A DNA stretch of 64,000 nt from the NCBI GenBank assembly GCA_003021975.1, contig PXRR01000017.1:6856-70855 (forward strand). The letters are read 5' to 3'. Positions 1 to 10,292 of this stretch are shown here, piece after piece. Within the stretch, counting starts at the first letter, position 1. Every line of letters begins with the position of its first letter. The notes beneath the pieces are model-generated. The model was not told where the DNA came from. It was given only the letters and a program-made list of their open reading frames with translations, and did no database searches. The position numbers and the translations under genes are program-made. The DNA comes from Halobacteriales archaeon QS_5_70_17 (GTDB lineage: Archaea; Halobacteriota; Halobacteria; Halobacteriales; Haloarculaceae).

Positions 1-1608
1 CCATCGTCACGCTCGCGGAGTCCCCCTGTACGCCCTCGTAGGACTGGACGTACTGGATGTGGATGTCCTTCTGGGAGATGTCCTCGTCGGAGAACTTCTT
101 GATGATCGCCGAGACGTTCTGGACGGCCTCCTGAGCGATGTCCTGCAGTTTCCCGGTGGCGATGACCTCCCCGGGGCCCTGCGAGGGGGCGATTTCGGCC
201 ATGACGGGCATGACGATCCCGCTGTCCTCGCCCATCACCGCGAGGCCGTTGACCCGGCCGACCACGTCGCCGGCCGCGACGGTCATGTCGTAGTCCTTGC
301 GGCGCTCGATGTAGTCGTCGGCGAGCTGCTGCTCGATCGAGCGGCTGCGCCGCTTGGCCTGCAGGACGTGGTCGCGGGTGGTGTGCTCGACGTCCTCGGC
401 GCGGGCGATGTCACCGGCCACGCGGACGAGACCGCCGAGGTTCCGTAGTTCGAGGGTGAGGTGGCCCTTCCGCCCGGAGCGGCGCTGGGCCTCGAGGATG
501 ACCTCCTTGACCGCCTCGTCGGTGAAGTGCGGCAGGCGGCCGTCCTTCTCGACCTCCTGAGCGACGAAGCGGGCGTACTTCCGGCGCATCTCGGGGGTGT
601 CCTCGATGGTGTCGTCCATGTACACCTCGTAGCCGTACCCCTTGATCCGGGAGCGCAGCGCCGGATGCATGTTCTCCATCGCGTCGAGGTTCCCCGAGGC
701 GACCATCACGAAGTCACACGGGACGGGCTCGGTCTGGACCATCGCGCCCGAGGAGCGCTCGGACTGGCCCGTGATCGAGAACTCGCCCTCCTGGATCGCG
801 GTCATCAGCTTCTGCTGGGACCGGATGTCGAGGGTGTTGATCTCGTCGACGTAGAGCACGCCTTTGTTGGCCTCGTGGATTGCGCCGGACTCGACGCGGT
901 CGTGGCTGGGGGGGCGTCCCGGAACGGCGCGGTCTGCTGGTCGGCGTTGTTGACCAGCAGGTTCGGGATCATCGCGTCGCTACCCCGCGAGGAGTAGCGG
1001 AAGGCGAGGTAGATCACGCCGGCCGCGAGGATCCCCAGCAGGACGGCCCCCTCGATCAGGAGCGCGTAGCCGATGACGATGGCGATGATGATCCACATGA
1101 GGAAGCTCCGCATCTGGTTGCGCTTGCGGGCCTCCTCCTTGTGCGCGTCGACGATCTGTTCGCCCTTGCCCGCCGGCACCGTACGGACCTTGGGCTCGTT
1201 GCCGTCGTCGGGGTTGTGGTAGATGAGAACGTCCTGGAGCTCCTCCCGGGGGAGCAGCTGACTCATCGCCTTCGCGAGCATCGACTTCCCCGTCCCCGGG
1301 GACCCGATCATCATCACGTGGCGGCGCTGCTTGGCCGCCTTCAGTACGATATCCCTCGCGTGATCCTGCCCGATGACCTGGTCGACCAAGCGGTCCGGCA
1401 CCTCGATGTCGTCGGTCGAACCGATCCGGAGCCCGCCCAGCAGGTTGTCGGTCGACTCCTCGTCGACCTCCATGTCGGTCACGACGTCGCGTCCGAGGTC
1501 GGAGTCGGGGTTGGACTCTGACTGGTCCCGCCGCTCCGGGGGGAGTTCGACCTCCCGCTCTCCCCCCGTGTCTTCCGACGGAACATCGTCTGCGTTGTTG
1601 TTGCTCAT
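1..1608 (-). pseudogene. lonB: Archaeal membrane-anchored Lon protease LonB; runs off the window at its 3' end; apparent deletion plus frameshift at ~910
   Basis: ATG at 1608. VIGQDHA, Walker A GSPGTGKS and a two-TM insertion. After TAPFRDA the gene continues in another frame as [27 protein letters not shown]...[12 protein letters not shown]. Confidence 0.92.
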
Positions 1609-1777
1609 AGAACCGTTGCTGTCATCGATACAGACGGACCGTTTACTGATATACTTTCTCCCCTCGTCCGGGTGTGACACACCCTCGAAACCGCACTACA
1701 GCGAGACGTCTGACGCGAGCGCCGTGCAGCGGCCAGAACTCGCCGGGCTTATTAAACCGGGGGACGAGCGTTGCCGT

Positions 1778-2311
1778 ATGACGCGGGGGTTCTACATCGG
1801 GCGATTCCAGCCCTACCACGACGGCCACCACCGGATGGTCGAGCGGATCGCCGACGAGGTCGACGAACTCGTGCTCGGGATCGGCAGCGCCGACCAGTCA
1901 CACACCGTTCGAAACCCGTTTACCGCCGGCGAGCGCATCATGATGATCAGGAAATCGCTGGTCGACTACGACCTCGTCACCTACGCGGTCCCCATCGAGG
2001 ACCTCGACCGCAACTCCGTCTGGGTCGGCCACGTCGAGAGCATGTCCCCCCGGTTCGAGGTCGCGTACTCGAACAACCCGCTCGTGATCCGCCTCTTCGA
2101 GGAGGCCGGCATCGAGGTCCGCACCTCGCCGATGTTTCGCCGCGAGGAACTGGAGGGGACCGAGGTCCGCGAGCGCATCCGCACCGACGGCGACTGGGAG
2201 AGCCTGGTCCCCGATGCCGTCGTCGGCGTGATCCACGAGGTCGACGGCATCGGTCGACTGCGGAAGGTCGCCGAGAGCGACGGGTCCGACGCCACCGCCG
2301 ATCCGGAGTAG
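1778..2311 (+). CDS. nadM: Nicotinamide-nucleotide adenylyltransferase
   Basis: MTRGFYIGRFQPYHDGH (HxGH motif), NPFTAGER; TTATTAAA ~25 nt upstream. Confidence 0.93.
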   Translation: MTRGFYIGRFQPYHDGHHRMVERIADEVDELVLGIGSADQSHTVRNPFTAGERIMMIRKSLVDYDLVTYAVPIEDLDRNSVWVGHVESMSPRFEVAYSNNPLVIRLFEEAGIEVRTSPMFRREELEGTEVRERIRTDGDWESLVPDAVVGVIHEVDGIGRLRKVAESDGSDATADPE

Positions 2312-2392
2312 CGGGCGCGGACGGCACCCGGGGCCCGCCGCGGACGAGAGAAAGGCAAAAGGCGTACCCTCCCCGCGCGTCACCCGCCGTCC

Positions 2393-3244
2393 GTGATCAC
2401 GCTCGCCTCGGACTTCGGCTCGCCGTACCCCGCCGCGATGAAAGGCGTCGTCCTCTCGCGGTGCGACGCCCGCCTCGTCGACGTCGCCCACGACTTCCCC
2501 CGCCAGGACGTCCGAACGGCGGCGTTCTGGCTCCGCGAGGTGCTCCCCTGGTTCCCCCCGGCGGTCCACTGTGCCGTGATCGACCCCGGCGTCGGCACCG
2601 ACCGGGCCGCGCTCGTCGTCCGGGCCGGCGAGACCGCCCTGGTCGGTCCCGACAACGGCCTCCTGGTGCCGACCGCCCGCGCTATCGCCGGGAGCGACGG
2701 CGGTGAGAGCGGCGGGAGCGCGGAGAGCGCGACCGACGACCTCCGGGTCTACGAGTGGCGCGCCGACGATCCCGCGAGTTCGACGTTCCACGGTCGAGAC
2801 GTTTTCGCCCCCGCGGCGGCGGCGGTCCACGAGGCGCTGGCCGGGGCCGGGTGGCCCGCCGCCGCCGAGGGCGAGGCGGATCCCGTCGCGGCCCTCGACC
2901 GCGCCGCGCGAACCGACGACTGGACGGACCTCCGGTTCCCGGCCCCGGACTCGGCCTCGGACCTCGACGGCGCGGCGACCGGCGAGGTGCTCGTCGTCGA
3001 CGGCTTCGGCAACGCGATCACGGACCTCCCCGGCGACCTGCTCGCGGGCCGCGAGCGCGTCCGGGTGAACGGCGACCCCTACCCGGTCGCCCGGGCCTAC
3101 GCCGAACTGCCGGCCGGCGAACCGCTCGTCACCGTCGGGAGCCACGGCAACGTCGAACTCGCGGTCAACCGCGGCCGGGGCGAGGCGGCGTTTGGCGTCG
3201 GCGTCGGGGACCCCGTCAGACTGTCGGAGCCGAGTAGCGACTAG
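2393..3244 (+). CDS. SAM hydroxide adenosyltransferase (DUF62, chlorinase/fluorinase family)
   Basis: ITLASDFG, VIDPGVGTDR, GPDNGLL, STFHGRDVFAP, DGFGN. Confidence 0.9.
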   Translation: MITLASDFGSPYPAAMKGVVLSRCDARLVDVAHDFPRQDVRTAAFWLREVLPWFPPAVHCAVIDPGVGTDRAALVVRAGETALVGPDNGLLVPTARAIAGSDGGESGGSAESATDDLRVYEWRADDPASSTFHGRDVFAPAAAAVHEALAGAGWPAAAEGEADPVAALDRAARTDDWTDLRFPAPDSASDLDGAATGEVLVVDGFGNAITDLPGDLLAGRERVRVNGDPYPVARAYAELPAGEPLVTVGSHGNVELAVNRGRGEAAFGVGVGDPVRLSEPSSD

Positions 3245-3313
3245 CCGGGCGAAAAACGAGAACGTTCGACTGTTCGCGCCGGAATCCGCATCCGGCCGAT
3301 GGACTTCGCCGTC

Positions 3314-3384
3314 CGGTCAGTTCGACGCTCCTCGCGCCGAATCGGCGGTCGACCGCCGACTCGGTCGCTCGGTCAGTTCGACGC
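3314..3384. repeat. 15-bp direct repeat flanking a near-perfect 28-bp palindrome; possible bidirectional terminator or insertion scar
   Basis: CGGTCAGTTCGACGC at 3314-3328 and 3370-3384; CCGAATCGGCGGTCGACCGCCGACTCGG at 3337-3364; lies between convergent genes. Confidence 0.6.
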
Positions 3385-4950
3385 GATGACGTCGTCGATC
3401 CGGACGATCATCGTCGCGGCCTCGGTGGCGGACTCGACGGCCTCGCGCTTGACCGCGGCCGGGTCGAGGACGCCCTGCTCGGTGGGGTCGACGACCTCGC
3501 CGGTCTGGTTCTCGGCGATGATGCCGGCGCGGCCCTCGTCCTGGAAGGTCGAGCGCAGTTCGACCAGTGCGTCGATGGGGTCCATCCCGGCGTTCGCGGC
3601 GAGCGTCCGGGGCAGGAGGTCGACGGCGTCGGCGAACGCCTCGACGGCGAGCTGCTTGCGGCCGGTGACGGAGGCGGCCTCCGAGCGGATGTGGTCGGCG
3701 ATGGCGATCTCGGTCGCGCCGGCGCCGGGGACGACGCCGCCGCGGTCGAGCGCGACCGTGACCACGTCGATGGCGTCGTTGAGCGCGCGCTCGAGCTCGT
3801 CGGCGACGTGCTCGGTGCCGCCGCGGACGAACACCGTCACGGCCTCGGCCTCGGCGCCGCCCTCGACGAACGCGAGTTCGTCCTCGCCGAACTTCTCGAC
3901 GCGGACCGTCTCGGCGAAGCCGAAGTCGTCCTCGTCGAGGTCGTTGACGGTACCGATCTGGCTGGCGCCGGTCGCGCGGGCGATGGCGGTCGCCTCGTCG
4001 TCGTCGACGCCGTCGAACGCGAGCGCGCCCTCACTGGCGAGGTAGGAGGCGACGCGGTCGTCGACGTCGCCGGTGACGAACGCGACGTCGATGCCGGCCT
4101 CGGCGACCGTCTCCGCGTAGCCCCGGAGCTCGCTCTCCTCGGCGTCGAGGGCGGCGTTGAGCTGGTCGATGTCGGTGATGTTGTACTCGGCGTCGATCTC
4201 GCCCTCGCGGACCTCGAGGTCGACGTCGAGGACGGCGATGGTGGCGTCCTCGACGCCGCGGGGCATGTTCTCGTGGACCGGCTCCTCCTCACTAATGACC
4301 CCCGAGACCAGTTCCGTCGCGCTGGAACTGGCGCCGACCTGCGTGCGGACCTGGATGCTGTCCCGGTCGACGCCCTCCTCGGCGCGGACCTGGCGGACGG
4401 CCGCGACGATGGTTTCGGCCAGCGGGGCGGCGTTGACGTCGCCGGTGCCCTTGCCCGTCATCGAGGTCTCGGCGACCTTCTCCAGCAGGTCGTCGTCGAG
4501 TTCGTCGTCGAGGACCTGCTCCTCGACGGCCTCCAGGGCGAGTTCGACGGCGCGGTTGTACCCCTCGACGATCGCCGTCGGGTGGACGTCGTCGTCGAGC
4601 AGGTCCTCGGCCCGGGAGAGGAGTTCGCCGGCGAGCACCGACGCCGTCGTGGTGCCGTCGCCGACCTCCTCCTCCTGAGTCTCGGCGACCTCGACGATCA
4701 TCTGGGCCGCGGGGTGCTCGATGTCCATCTCCTCGAGGATCGTCGCGCCGTCGTTGGTGATCACGACGTCCCCGGAATCGGAGACGAGCATCTTGTCCAT
4801 CCCGCGGGGGCCGAGCGTCGTGCGTACCGCGTTGCTCACCGCTTTCCCGGCGGAGATGTTCGACGACTGCGCGTCCTCGCCGCGGGTTCGCTCCGTGTCC
4901 TCGGCGAGGATGAACATCGGCTGACCGCGCTGCTGGAAGGATTGTCCCAT
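3373..4950 (-). CDS. Thermosome (group II chaperonin) subunit, probably the third paralog (no GGM tail)
   Basis: [34 protein letters not shown]. Confidence 0.95.
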   Translation of the reverse strand: MGQSFQQRGQPMFILAEDTERTRGEDAQSSNISAGKAVSNAVRTTLGPRGMDKMLVSDSGDVVITNDGATILEEMDIEHPAAQMIVEVAETQEEEVGDGTTTASVLAGELLSRAEDLLDDDVHPTAIVEGYNRAVELALEAVEEQVLDDELDDDLLEKVAETSMTGKGTGDVNAAPLAETIVAAVRQVRAEEGVDRDSIQVRTQVGASSSATELVSGVISEEEPVHENMPRGVEDATIAVLDVDLEVREGEIDAEYNITDIDQLNAALDAEESELRGYAETVAEAGIDVAFVTGDVDDRVASYLASEGALAFDGVDDDEATAIARATGASQIGTVNDLDEDDFGFAETVRVEKFGEDELAFVEGGAEAEAVTVFVRGGTEHVADELERALNDAIDVVTVALDRGGVVPGAGATEIAIADHIRSEAASVTGRKQLAVEAFADAVDLLPRTLAANAGMDPIDALVELRSTFQDEGRAGIIAENQTGEVVDPTEQGVLDPAAVKREAVESATEAATMIVRIDDVIASN

Positions 4951-4966
4951 ATCAAGAGGGACATGG

Positions 4967-4991
4967 TTTGCGATTCTATATAAAAGCTTCG
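4967..4991 (-). promoter_or_regulatory. Heat-shock-type thermosome promoter (CGAA - TATA - CAAA)
   Basis: Minus strand reads CGAAGCTTTTATATAGAATCGCAAA with the TATA ~26-35 nt upstream of ATG 4950; resembles the Haloferax cct heat-shock element. Confidence 0.75.
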
Positions 4992-5058
4992 AGTACCGGC
5001 TAGAAAACCGCGAGAAAGCGTCGTATGGTACATCGTGACACCCCTCGGAACGTGGTAC

Positions 5059-6030
5059 TTACCGGCGGTCGTAGACGGCGACGGCGCGGTCCTCCCGCTG
5101 GGAGACCCCCCGGGAGTTCCGCCGCGGAGTGCGGTCGCGCAGGCGGGCGATCAGGCCGTCGACGCCGCCGCCGAGCGACCCGATAGTGACGTCCCGCCCG
5201 TTGCCGAACCACCCCGAGAGCTCCGCCGACCCGCCGGCGACGTCCCGCAGCGCGCCGGCGGCGTCGGCGGTGGCGTGCCGGAGCACGCGGCCGACGCTCG
5301 TCGGGCGGACCCCGTAGTTCTTCACGAGCCGGTAGGCCAGCGCGCGGTACCGCCAGTACCAGTCGCGGCTCGCCTCCCCCCCGTCGGCCGCGAGCGAGGG
5401 CTGTCCGCGCCCCCGGTCCCCGTCCCGGCGGACGCACATGCCCGGCGTCCAGGTCACCTGGTAGCCGGTCCCGACCAGCCGGTGGGCGGCGTCGCGGGCG
5501 CCCCCGGTCTGGAGGTACTCGTCGAAGCCGTCGATGGCGTCGAGCGCCTCTCTGGAGAACGCGGCGTTCCCCCCGCTGAAGTAGGTGATCTGTCGACCGG
5601 CGATCCGGCGGCGCTCGGGGTCCTCGGTCGTGACGCCGCCGCGCAGCGACCGGTGGGTGGGACCGGTCACCGCCGTCGGCAGGTTCGGTCCGTGACCGCT
5701 GGCCTGGTGAGCGCTGGCCGGCCCGTCGAGCGCGTCCAGCGCCGCGTCGTACCACCCGGGCTCGATCTGGTGGCGGTAGTCGACGAACGCGACGTGGTCG
5801 CCGCGGCTCCGCTTGATGCCCGCGTTGCGCGCCACGTTGATGTTGCGCTCGTCGATCTCGACGAGCACGTCCACGTCGTCGCGGTCGCGGACCATCCCGG
5901 TCGTCCCGTCGACGCTCGGACCGTTGACGATGATCACCTCCGCCGACGGCGCGTGCTTCGCGAGCGCGTCCAGACAGCGGGCGAGGCGCTCCCGGCCGTT
6001 CAGTGTCGGGACGACTACCGAGAGCTGCAT
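5059..6030 (-). CDS. Glycosyltransferase family 2
   Basis: LSVVVPTLN, ARNAGI, GGNAAF, GFDE. Confidence 0.88.
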   Translation of the reverse strand: MQLSVVVPTLNGRERLARCLDALAKHAPSAEVIIVNGPSVDGTTGMVRDRDDVDVLVEIDERNINVARNAGIKRSRGDHVAFVDYRHQIEPGWYDAALDALDGPASAHQASGHGPNLPTAVTGPTHRSLRGGVTTEDPERRRIAGRQITYFSGGNAAFSREALDAIDGFDEYLQTGGARDAAHRLVGTGYQVTWTPGMCVRRDGDRGRGQPSLAADGGEASRDWYWRYRALAYRLVKNYGVRPTSVGRVLRHATADAAGALRDVAGGSAELSGWFGNGRDVTIGSLGGGVDGLIARLRDRTPRRNSRGVSQREDRAVAVYDRR

Positions 6031-6105
6031 ACTGCTACCTCCCGCTCCCGAGGGTTAAAAAGACCCCGTACTCACACGGTGCTGTACGGCGCGACGAGCG
6101 GATCG

Positions 6106-6813
6106 TCAGTCGACCCGCGCGTCCCAGTAGGAGACCGACGCCATCCGCCGACCGACGGGCGTGCTCCCGATCAGGCGGTCGGCGTCGCGGAACGTCTCGG
6201 CGACGCCGTCGGGGATCTGCCGGTAGAACCCGTAGGGGAGGACGAAGTCGTGGGCCTCGTCGGCCAGTCGCAGGCCGGCGCCGTTGAGCAGGCGGAGCAC
6301 CTCCGACTCCGAGTAGAGCCGCGACCCCATCGGGAGCAGCCAGTTGTAGATGGTCCGCGTCGAGACGCGGTTGAACGTGTCGAAGAACACCTGCTCGCGG
6401 GAGACGCGGCACATCTCGCTGAGGAACGAGGCCGGCGTATCCGCGAGGTGGAAGAACCGCATTGCGAACACCACGTCGAAGTGATCGTCCGGGAAGGGGA
6501 GGCGGGCGGCGTCTCCCCGCATGAACTCGAGGTGGTCGTCGACGCCGGCCGACCGGGCCTTCTCTCGCCCCTGCTGGAGCATGGCCGCCGAGATGTCGAG
6601 GCCGACGATCTCCGCCCCCCGTTCGGCCAGCATCACGGTGAACCGGCCCGTCCCGCAGGCGATCTCGAGGACCCGGCGGTCCTCGACTGGGGTGATGGCC
6701 TCGAGGACCGCCCGCTTCTCGCGCTCGTCGATCAGGCGGCCGCCGCGGGAGAACCGCTTGTCGTCATACTCCTGGGCTACGTCGTCGGCCTGATACCACT
6801 CCTGTCCCTTCAC
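6106..6813 (-). CDS. Class I SAM-dependent methyltransferase
   Basis: VLEIACGTGRF, GLDIS, GDAARLPF. Confidence 0.9.
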   Translation of the reverse strand: MKGQEWYQADDVAQEYDDKRFSRGGRLIDEREKRAVLEAITPVEDRRVLEIACGTGRFTVMLAERGAEIVGLDISAAMLQQGREKARSAGVDDHLEFMRGDAARLPFPDDHFDVVFAMRFFHLADTPASFLSEMCRVSREQVFFDTFNRVSTRTIYNWLLPMGSRLYSESEVLRLLNGAGLRLADEAHDFVLPYGFYRQIPDGVAETFRDADRLIGSTPVGRRMASVSYWDARVD

Positions 6814-6869
6814 GCTGTCGGGAACAATCCGGGCGGGAAATAAAACGGTACTGGATCCAGCGAGCGCGA

Positions 6870-7268
6870 TCAGGAGGTGGCGACTCCGTCGACGCTGATC
6901 CGGAGGATCACCCGCGCGCCCTCATCGTCGCCGCGTCCGGGGTACTCATCGACATCCATGTACCGGCGGGCGAGGTCGTCGATGTGGTCGTCGGCCCCCT
7001 CCTCCTGGAACTCGACGACCCGCCCGCGGACCGAGAGGAACCGGTAGGGGTCGTCCGGGTCGACCATGCTGGCGCCGACCGACGGATCCCGGCGGGCGTT
7101 GCGCTCCTTCCGTCGCCCCCGCGCCGTGTTCACGAGGAGGTGGCCGGCGTCGGGGTCGTAGTCGACCCACACCGGCGTGGTCTGGGGCGTTCCGTCAGGC
7201 ATCAGCGTCGAAAAGTGAGCGAACGTTCGCTTCTCGAAGAGGTCGCGGAACCGTGAGGGGATCGTCAC
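6870..7268 (-). CDS. PPOX-class F420-dependent oxidoreductase
   Basis: TLMPDGTPQTTPVW, KERNARRDP, DPDDPYRFLSVRG. Confidence 0.85.
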   Translation of the reverse strand: MTIPSRFRDLFEKRTFAHFSTLMPDGTPQTTPVWVDYDPDAGHLLVNTARGRRKERNARRDPSVGASMVDPDDPYRFLSVRGRVVEFQEEGADDHIDDLARRYMDVDEYPGRGDDEGARVILRISVDGVATS

Positions 7269-7473
7269 GCCGGACTGTCGAGCGCCGAAAAGAAAACTTT
7301 GCCGGGAAGTCAGCGACGCCGAGCGACGAAACCGACGGACTACGGGCTGTTACGTTGTCGGCAACATTTGTCGGCCAGCTGTGTATAAGGTAGCCCCCCA
7401 TTCATTGAAAAGTACGTATGGCTTTGTTCTCCCTATAGCGAAGGTTTACACGGATGTTCGCCAACAGCACAGT

Positions 7474-7749
7474 ATGAGCACGCAGGCCGAGAAGCAGTCG
7501 GCGGAGGAGACGCCCTTATCGAACCCCGACGTCCGCGAGCGGCTCCGGGAGCTTCCCCCGAGCGCGAAGCTGGTCGCGAAGGTCCTCGAGGGCGACGCGC
7601 CCCTCTCGCAGGGCCAGCTCGCCGAGGAGTCGCTCCTGCCCGACCGGACCGTCCGCTACGCGCTGAACCGCCTCGACGAGGCCGACCTCGTCGAGTCCCG
7701 CTACAGTTTCCGCGACGCCCGGAAGCAGGTCTACTTCCTCACCGAGTGA
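7474..7749 (+). CDS. Small winged-helix transcription regulator
   Basis: LPPSAKLVAKVL...ESLLPDRTVRYALNRL...DARKQVY; AT-rich upstream region. Confidence 0.88.
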   Translation: MSTQAEKQSAEETPLSNPDVRERLRELPPSAKLVAKVLEGDAPLSQGQLAEESLLPDRTVRYALNRLDEADLVESRYSFRDARKQVYFLTE

Positions 7750-7762
7750 TCGCGCGTTCGAG

Positions 7763-8554
7763 GTGTTCCTGACCAGCCGCGGCGTTCCGGTGGAGACGGC
7801 CGCCCCGGGGGGAGCGACCAACGCCTACCGGATCGGCGCGGACGACGCGCTGCTGGTCGACCCCGCCGCGACCGGCGGCGCGCTCGCGGCGCTTCTCGAT
7901 GACGTCGCCCACATCGCCGTCACCCACCACCACCCCGATCACGTCGGGGCCGTCGCGGCCGCCGCCGGCGAGACGGGCGCGACGGTCTGGGCGCGAAGGG
8001 GCCGCGAGGCCGACTTCGCGGCCGCGACCGGCCGCCGCCCGGACCGGACGTTCCGGGAGGGGACCCGCATCGAGACGGGCGAGGGGCCCGTGACCGTCGT
8101 AGAGACCCCGGGGCACGCGCCCGAGCACGTCGGGTTCGCGTTCGCCTCCGAGCGCGGCGAACGGCTCGTCTGCGGCGACCTCGCGGCCGCCGAGGGGAGC
8201 GTCGCCGTCGGCGCTCCGGAGGGCGACCTGCGGGCGTATCTCACCGCGCTGCGCCGCGTCCACGCCCGCGCCCCGGCCGAACTACTCCCCGGCCACGGGC
8301 CCGCCATCGGTGACCCGCGGGCGGGGGCTCGGCGGCTGATCGATCACCGACTCGACCGCGAGCGGCGGGTCCGCGCGGCCGTCGACGGCGGCGCCCGGAC
8401 GGTCCCGGAGGTGACCGACGCGGCCTACGAGAAGGACGTGAGCGGCGTCCGGTCGCTCGCGGAGGCGACCGTCCGCGCCCACCTCGAGAAACTCGCCGTC
8501 GAGCGGCGGGTCCGATTCGACGGCGAACGCGCGCTGCCGGCGGAGGGCCCGTAG
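7763..8554 (+). CDS. Metallo-beta-lactamase-fold hydrolase
   Basis: THHHPDH, TPGHAPEH, GD, LPGHG. Confidence 0.88.
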   Translation: MFLTSRGVPVETAAPGGATNAYRIGADDALLVDPAATGGALAALLDDVAHIAVTHHHPDHVGAVAAAAGETGATVWARRGREADFAAATGRRPDRTFREGTRIETGEGPVTVVETPGHAPEHVGFAFASERGERLVCGDLAAAEGSVAVGAPEGDLRAYLTALRRVHARAPAELLPGHGPAIGDPRAGARRLIDHRLDRERRVRAAVDGGARTVPEVTDAAYEKDVSGVRSLAEATVRAHLEKLAVERRVRFDGERALPAEGP

Positions 8555-8603
8555 CGGATCCGCGAGCGCGTCGCTTTTCCCGTCCCGGTCCCCGAGTACG
8601 GCC

Positions 8604-9380
8604 ATGGAGTCGCTGGAGGCCGAACTCGAGCGGGCCCGCGACCTCGACGTCGCCGCGCTGGCCGACGCCGTCGAGGCCGTCGGCTTCGAGTGCACGCGCT
8701 GTGGCGCCTGCTGCAAGGGCCACACCGTCGACGGCGAGCGCGAGGACCACACCGCGACGGTCTTCCCCGACGAGGTCCGCGACCTGCAGGCGGCGGCGAC
8801 CGATCTCCCAGAGGACGTCGGGGAGGGCGCCGCAGGCAACGTCCCGGACGCCCCCCGCGAGTGGCGCGACGTCGCCCGGCCGATGCCCTTCGGCCTCCGC
8901 GAGGGCGAGGCGGAAGCGGGACCGGAGGGGGAGACCTTCGAGTGGGCGCTGGCGACCGACGGCTGCGGCGACTGCGCGTTTTACGCCGAGGACGGCGACG
9001 GCACCGGCGCGTGTACGGTCCACGGCGCGCGACCGCTGATCTGCCGGACCTACCCGTTCTCCGTGGCGCTGACGGGGACGAGCCAGCCGATGGGGGAGGT
9101 CGTCGACCGCGTCCCGCTGGGAGCCTCGGACGCGGCGGACCCCGAGACCGGGGAGCGCCTCGAGAGGGCGCTGCACGCCCACGAGTGCGAGGGACTGGGC
9201 CGCGACATCGACCGCGCGGACGCCGAGGAACTGGCGGCGGCGCTGAAAGAGCGCGCCGTCCGGGAACTCGAGGAGGCCATCGCCGTCCGGGACGGCTACG
9301 AACCGGCCGACCCCGATCCCGGGGAAGTCGTCGTCCACGACTCCGAGGGCGCCAAGCGCCCCGACGGATCGCCGCGGTAG
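8604..9380 (+). CDS. YkgJ family cysteine-cluster protein
   Basis: FECTRCGACC, C-x2-C, CTVHGARPLICRTYPF. Confidence 0.88.
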   Translation: MESLEAELERARDLDVAALADAVEAVGFECTRCGACCKGHTVDGEREDHTATVFPDEVRDLQAAATDLPEDVGEGAAGNVPDAPREWRDVARPMPFGLREGEAEAGPEGETFEWALATDGCGDCAFYAEDGDGTGACTVHGARPLICRTYPFSVALTGTSQPMGEVVDRVPLGASDAADPETGERLERALHAHECEGLGRDIDRADAEELAAALKERAVRELEEAIAVRDGYEPADPDPGEVVVHDSEGAKRPDGSPR

Positions 9381-9449
9381 CCGCCGGAACCTCGCCAGCG
9401 CGTGACAAGGGCTTTGATCCCCCGGCGAGAACACTCCCCGGAGGCTCTC

Positions 9450-9836
9450 ATGGAAATCTCAGAGAAACTCCTGTGTCTGTTTAGCGCTGAAGTCACCGCG
9501 GACGGCGACCAGTACACCGTCGAGATCCCTCGCCGCGAGATCGAGACCGGCTCCATCGACCCCGGCGAAACCTACCGCCTCGCCCTCATCGCCGCAGAGA
9601 CCGACGAGGGCGCCGACTCGGGGCCAACGACGGCGAGCGACGAACCGCAGCCCCCCGTCGAGATCGGCGAGATCCGGTACGTCGAGGTCGAGGACCTCGG
9701 AAAGCAGGGCGACGGGATCGCGCGCGTCGAGCGGGGCTACGTGATCATCGTCCCGGACGCCGAGGTCGGCGAGCGGGTCAAAATCGAGATCACGGAGGTC
9801 AAGTCGAACTTCGCGGTCGGCGAGATCATCGAGTAG
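9450..9836 (+). CDS. TRAM-domain RNA-binding protein
   Basis: VEVEDLGKQGDGIARVERGYVIIVP...NFAVG. Confidence 0.9.
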   Translation: MEISEKLLCLFSAEVTADGDQYTVEIPRREIETGSIDPGETYRLALIAAETDEGADSGPTTASDEPQPPVEIGEIRYVEVEDLGKQGDGIARVERGYVIIVPDAEVGERVKIEITEVKSNFAVGEIIE

Positions 9837-10055
9837 CGACCGAGTCGCGGCCGGCCCGGCGCCCGCGACCGGCGAAGCGAGGGTCCGTCCCCCGGGCGGG
9901 TCCCGTGTTGCCCGCACGTACCAGAAGCGGCGCCGCCGACGCCGTCGCGCCCCGGTCTGGAACGGGTGTTTCCGGGAGAGCCGCCCGACTGCGGCGTGTT
10001 TACCCACCGTACCAAACTCGCTATACGCCTGTTCACCCTCTCGTGGAGTAGAGCA

Positions 10056-10292
10056 ATGAGTGCGACCACCCAGTTCGGGTCCGACCTCACCGAGAAACAG
10101 GCGCGCATCGCTCGGTTCCTCCGGGAGAACGCGGGGACGCGGACCTACTTCAAGTCCCGGCTCATCGGCGAGGAACTGGACATGAGCGCCAAGGAGGTCG
10201 GCGCCAACATGCGGGCCGTCCGGGAGGCCTCGGGGCTGACCATCGAGAAGTGGGGCTACTCCTCCGGGACCACCTGGAAGGTAACCGCCTAG
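10056..10292 (+). CDS. Small conserved haloarchaeal wHTH-like protein (DUF7123-like)
   Basis: TYFKSRLIGEELDMSAKEVG...IEKWGYSSGTTW. Confidence 0.8.
   Translation: MSATTQFGSDLTEKQARIARFLRENAGTRTYFKSRLIGEELDMSAKEVGANMRAVREASGLTIEKWGYSSGTTWKVTA

Noticed and set aside
895-925. Programmed frameshift in the lonB C-run
   Set aside because: Conserved residues are missing at the junction, so recoding could not yield an intact protein.
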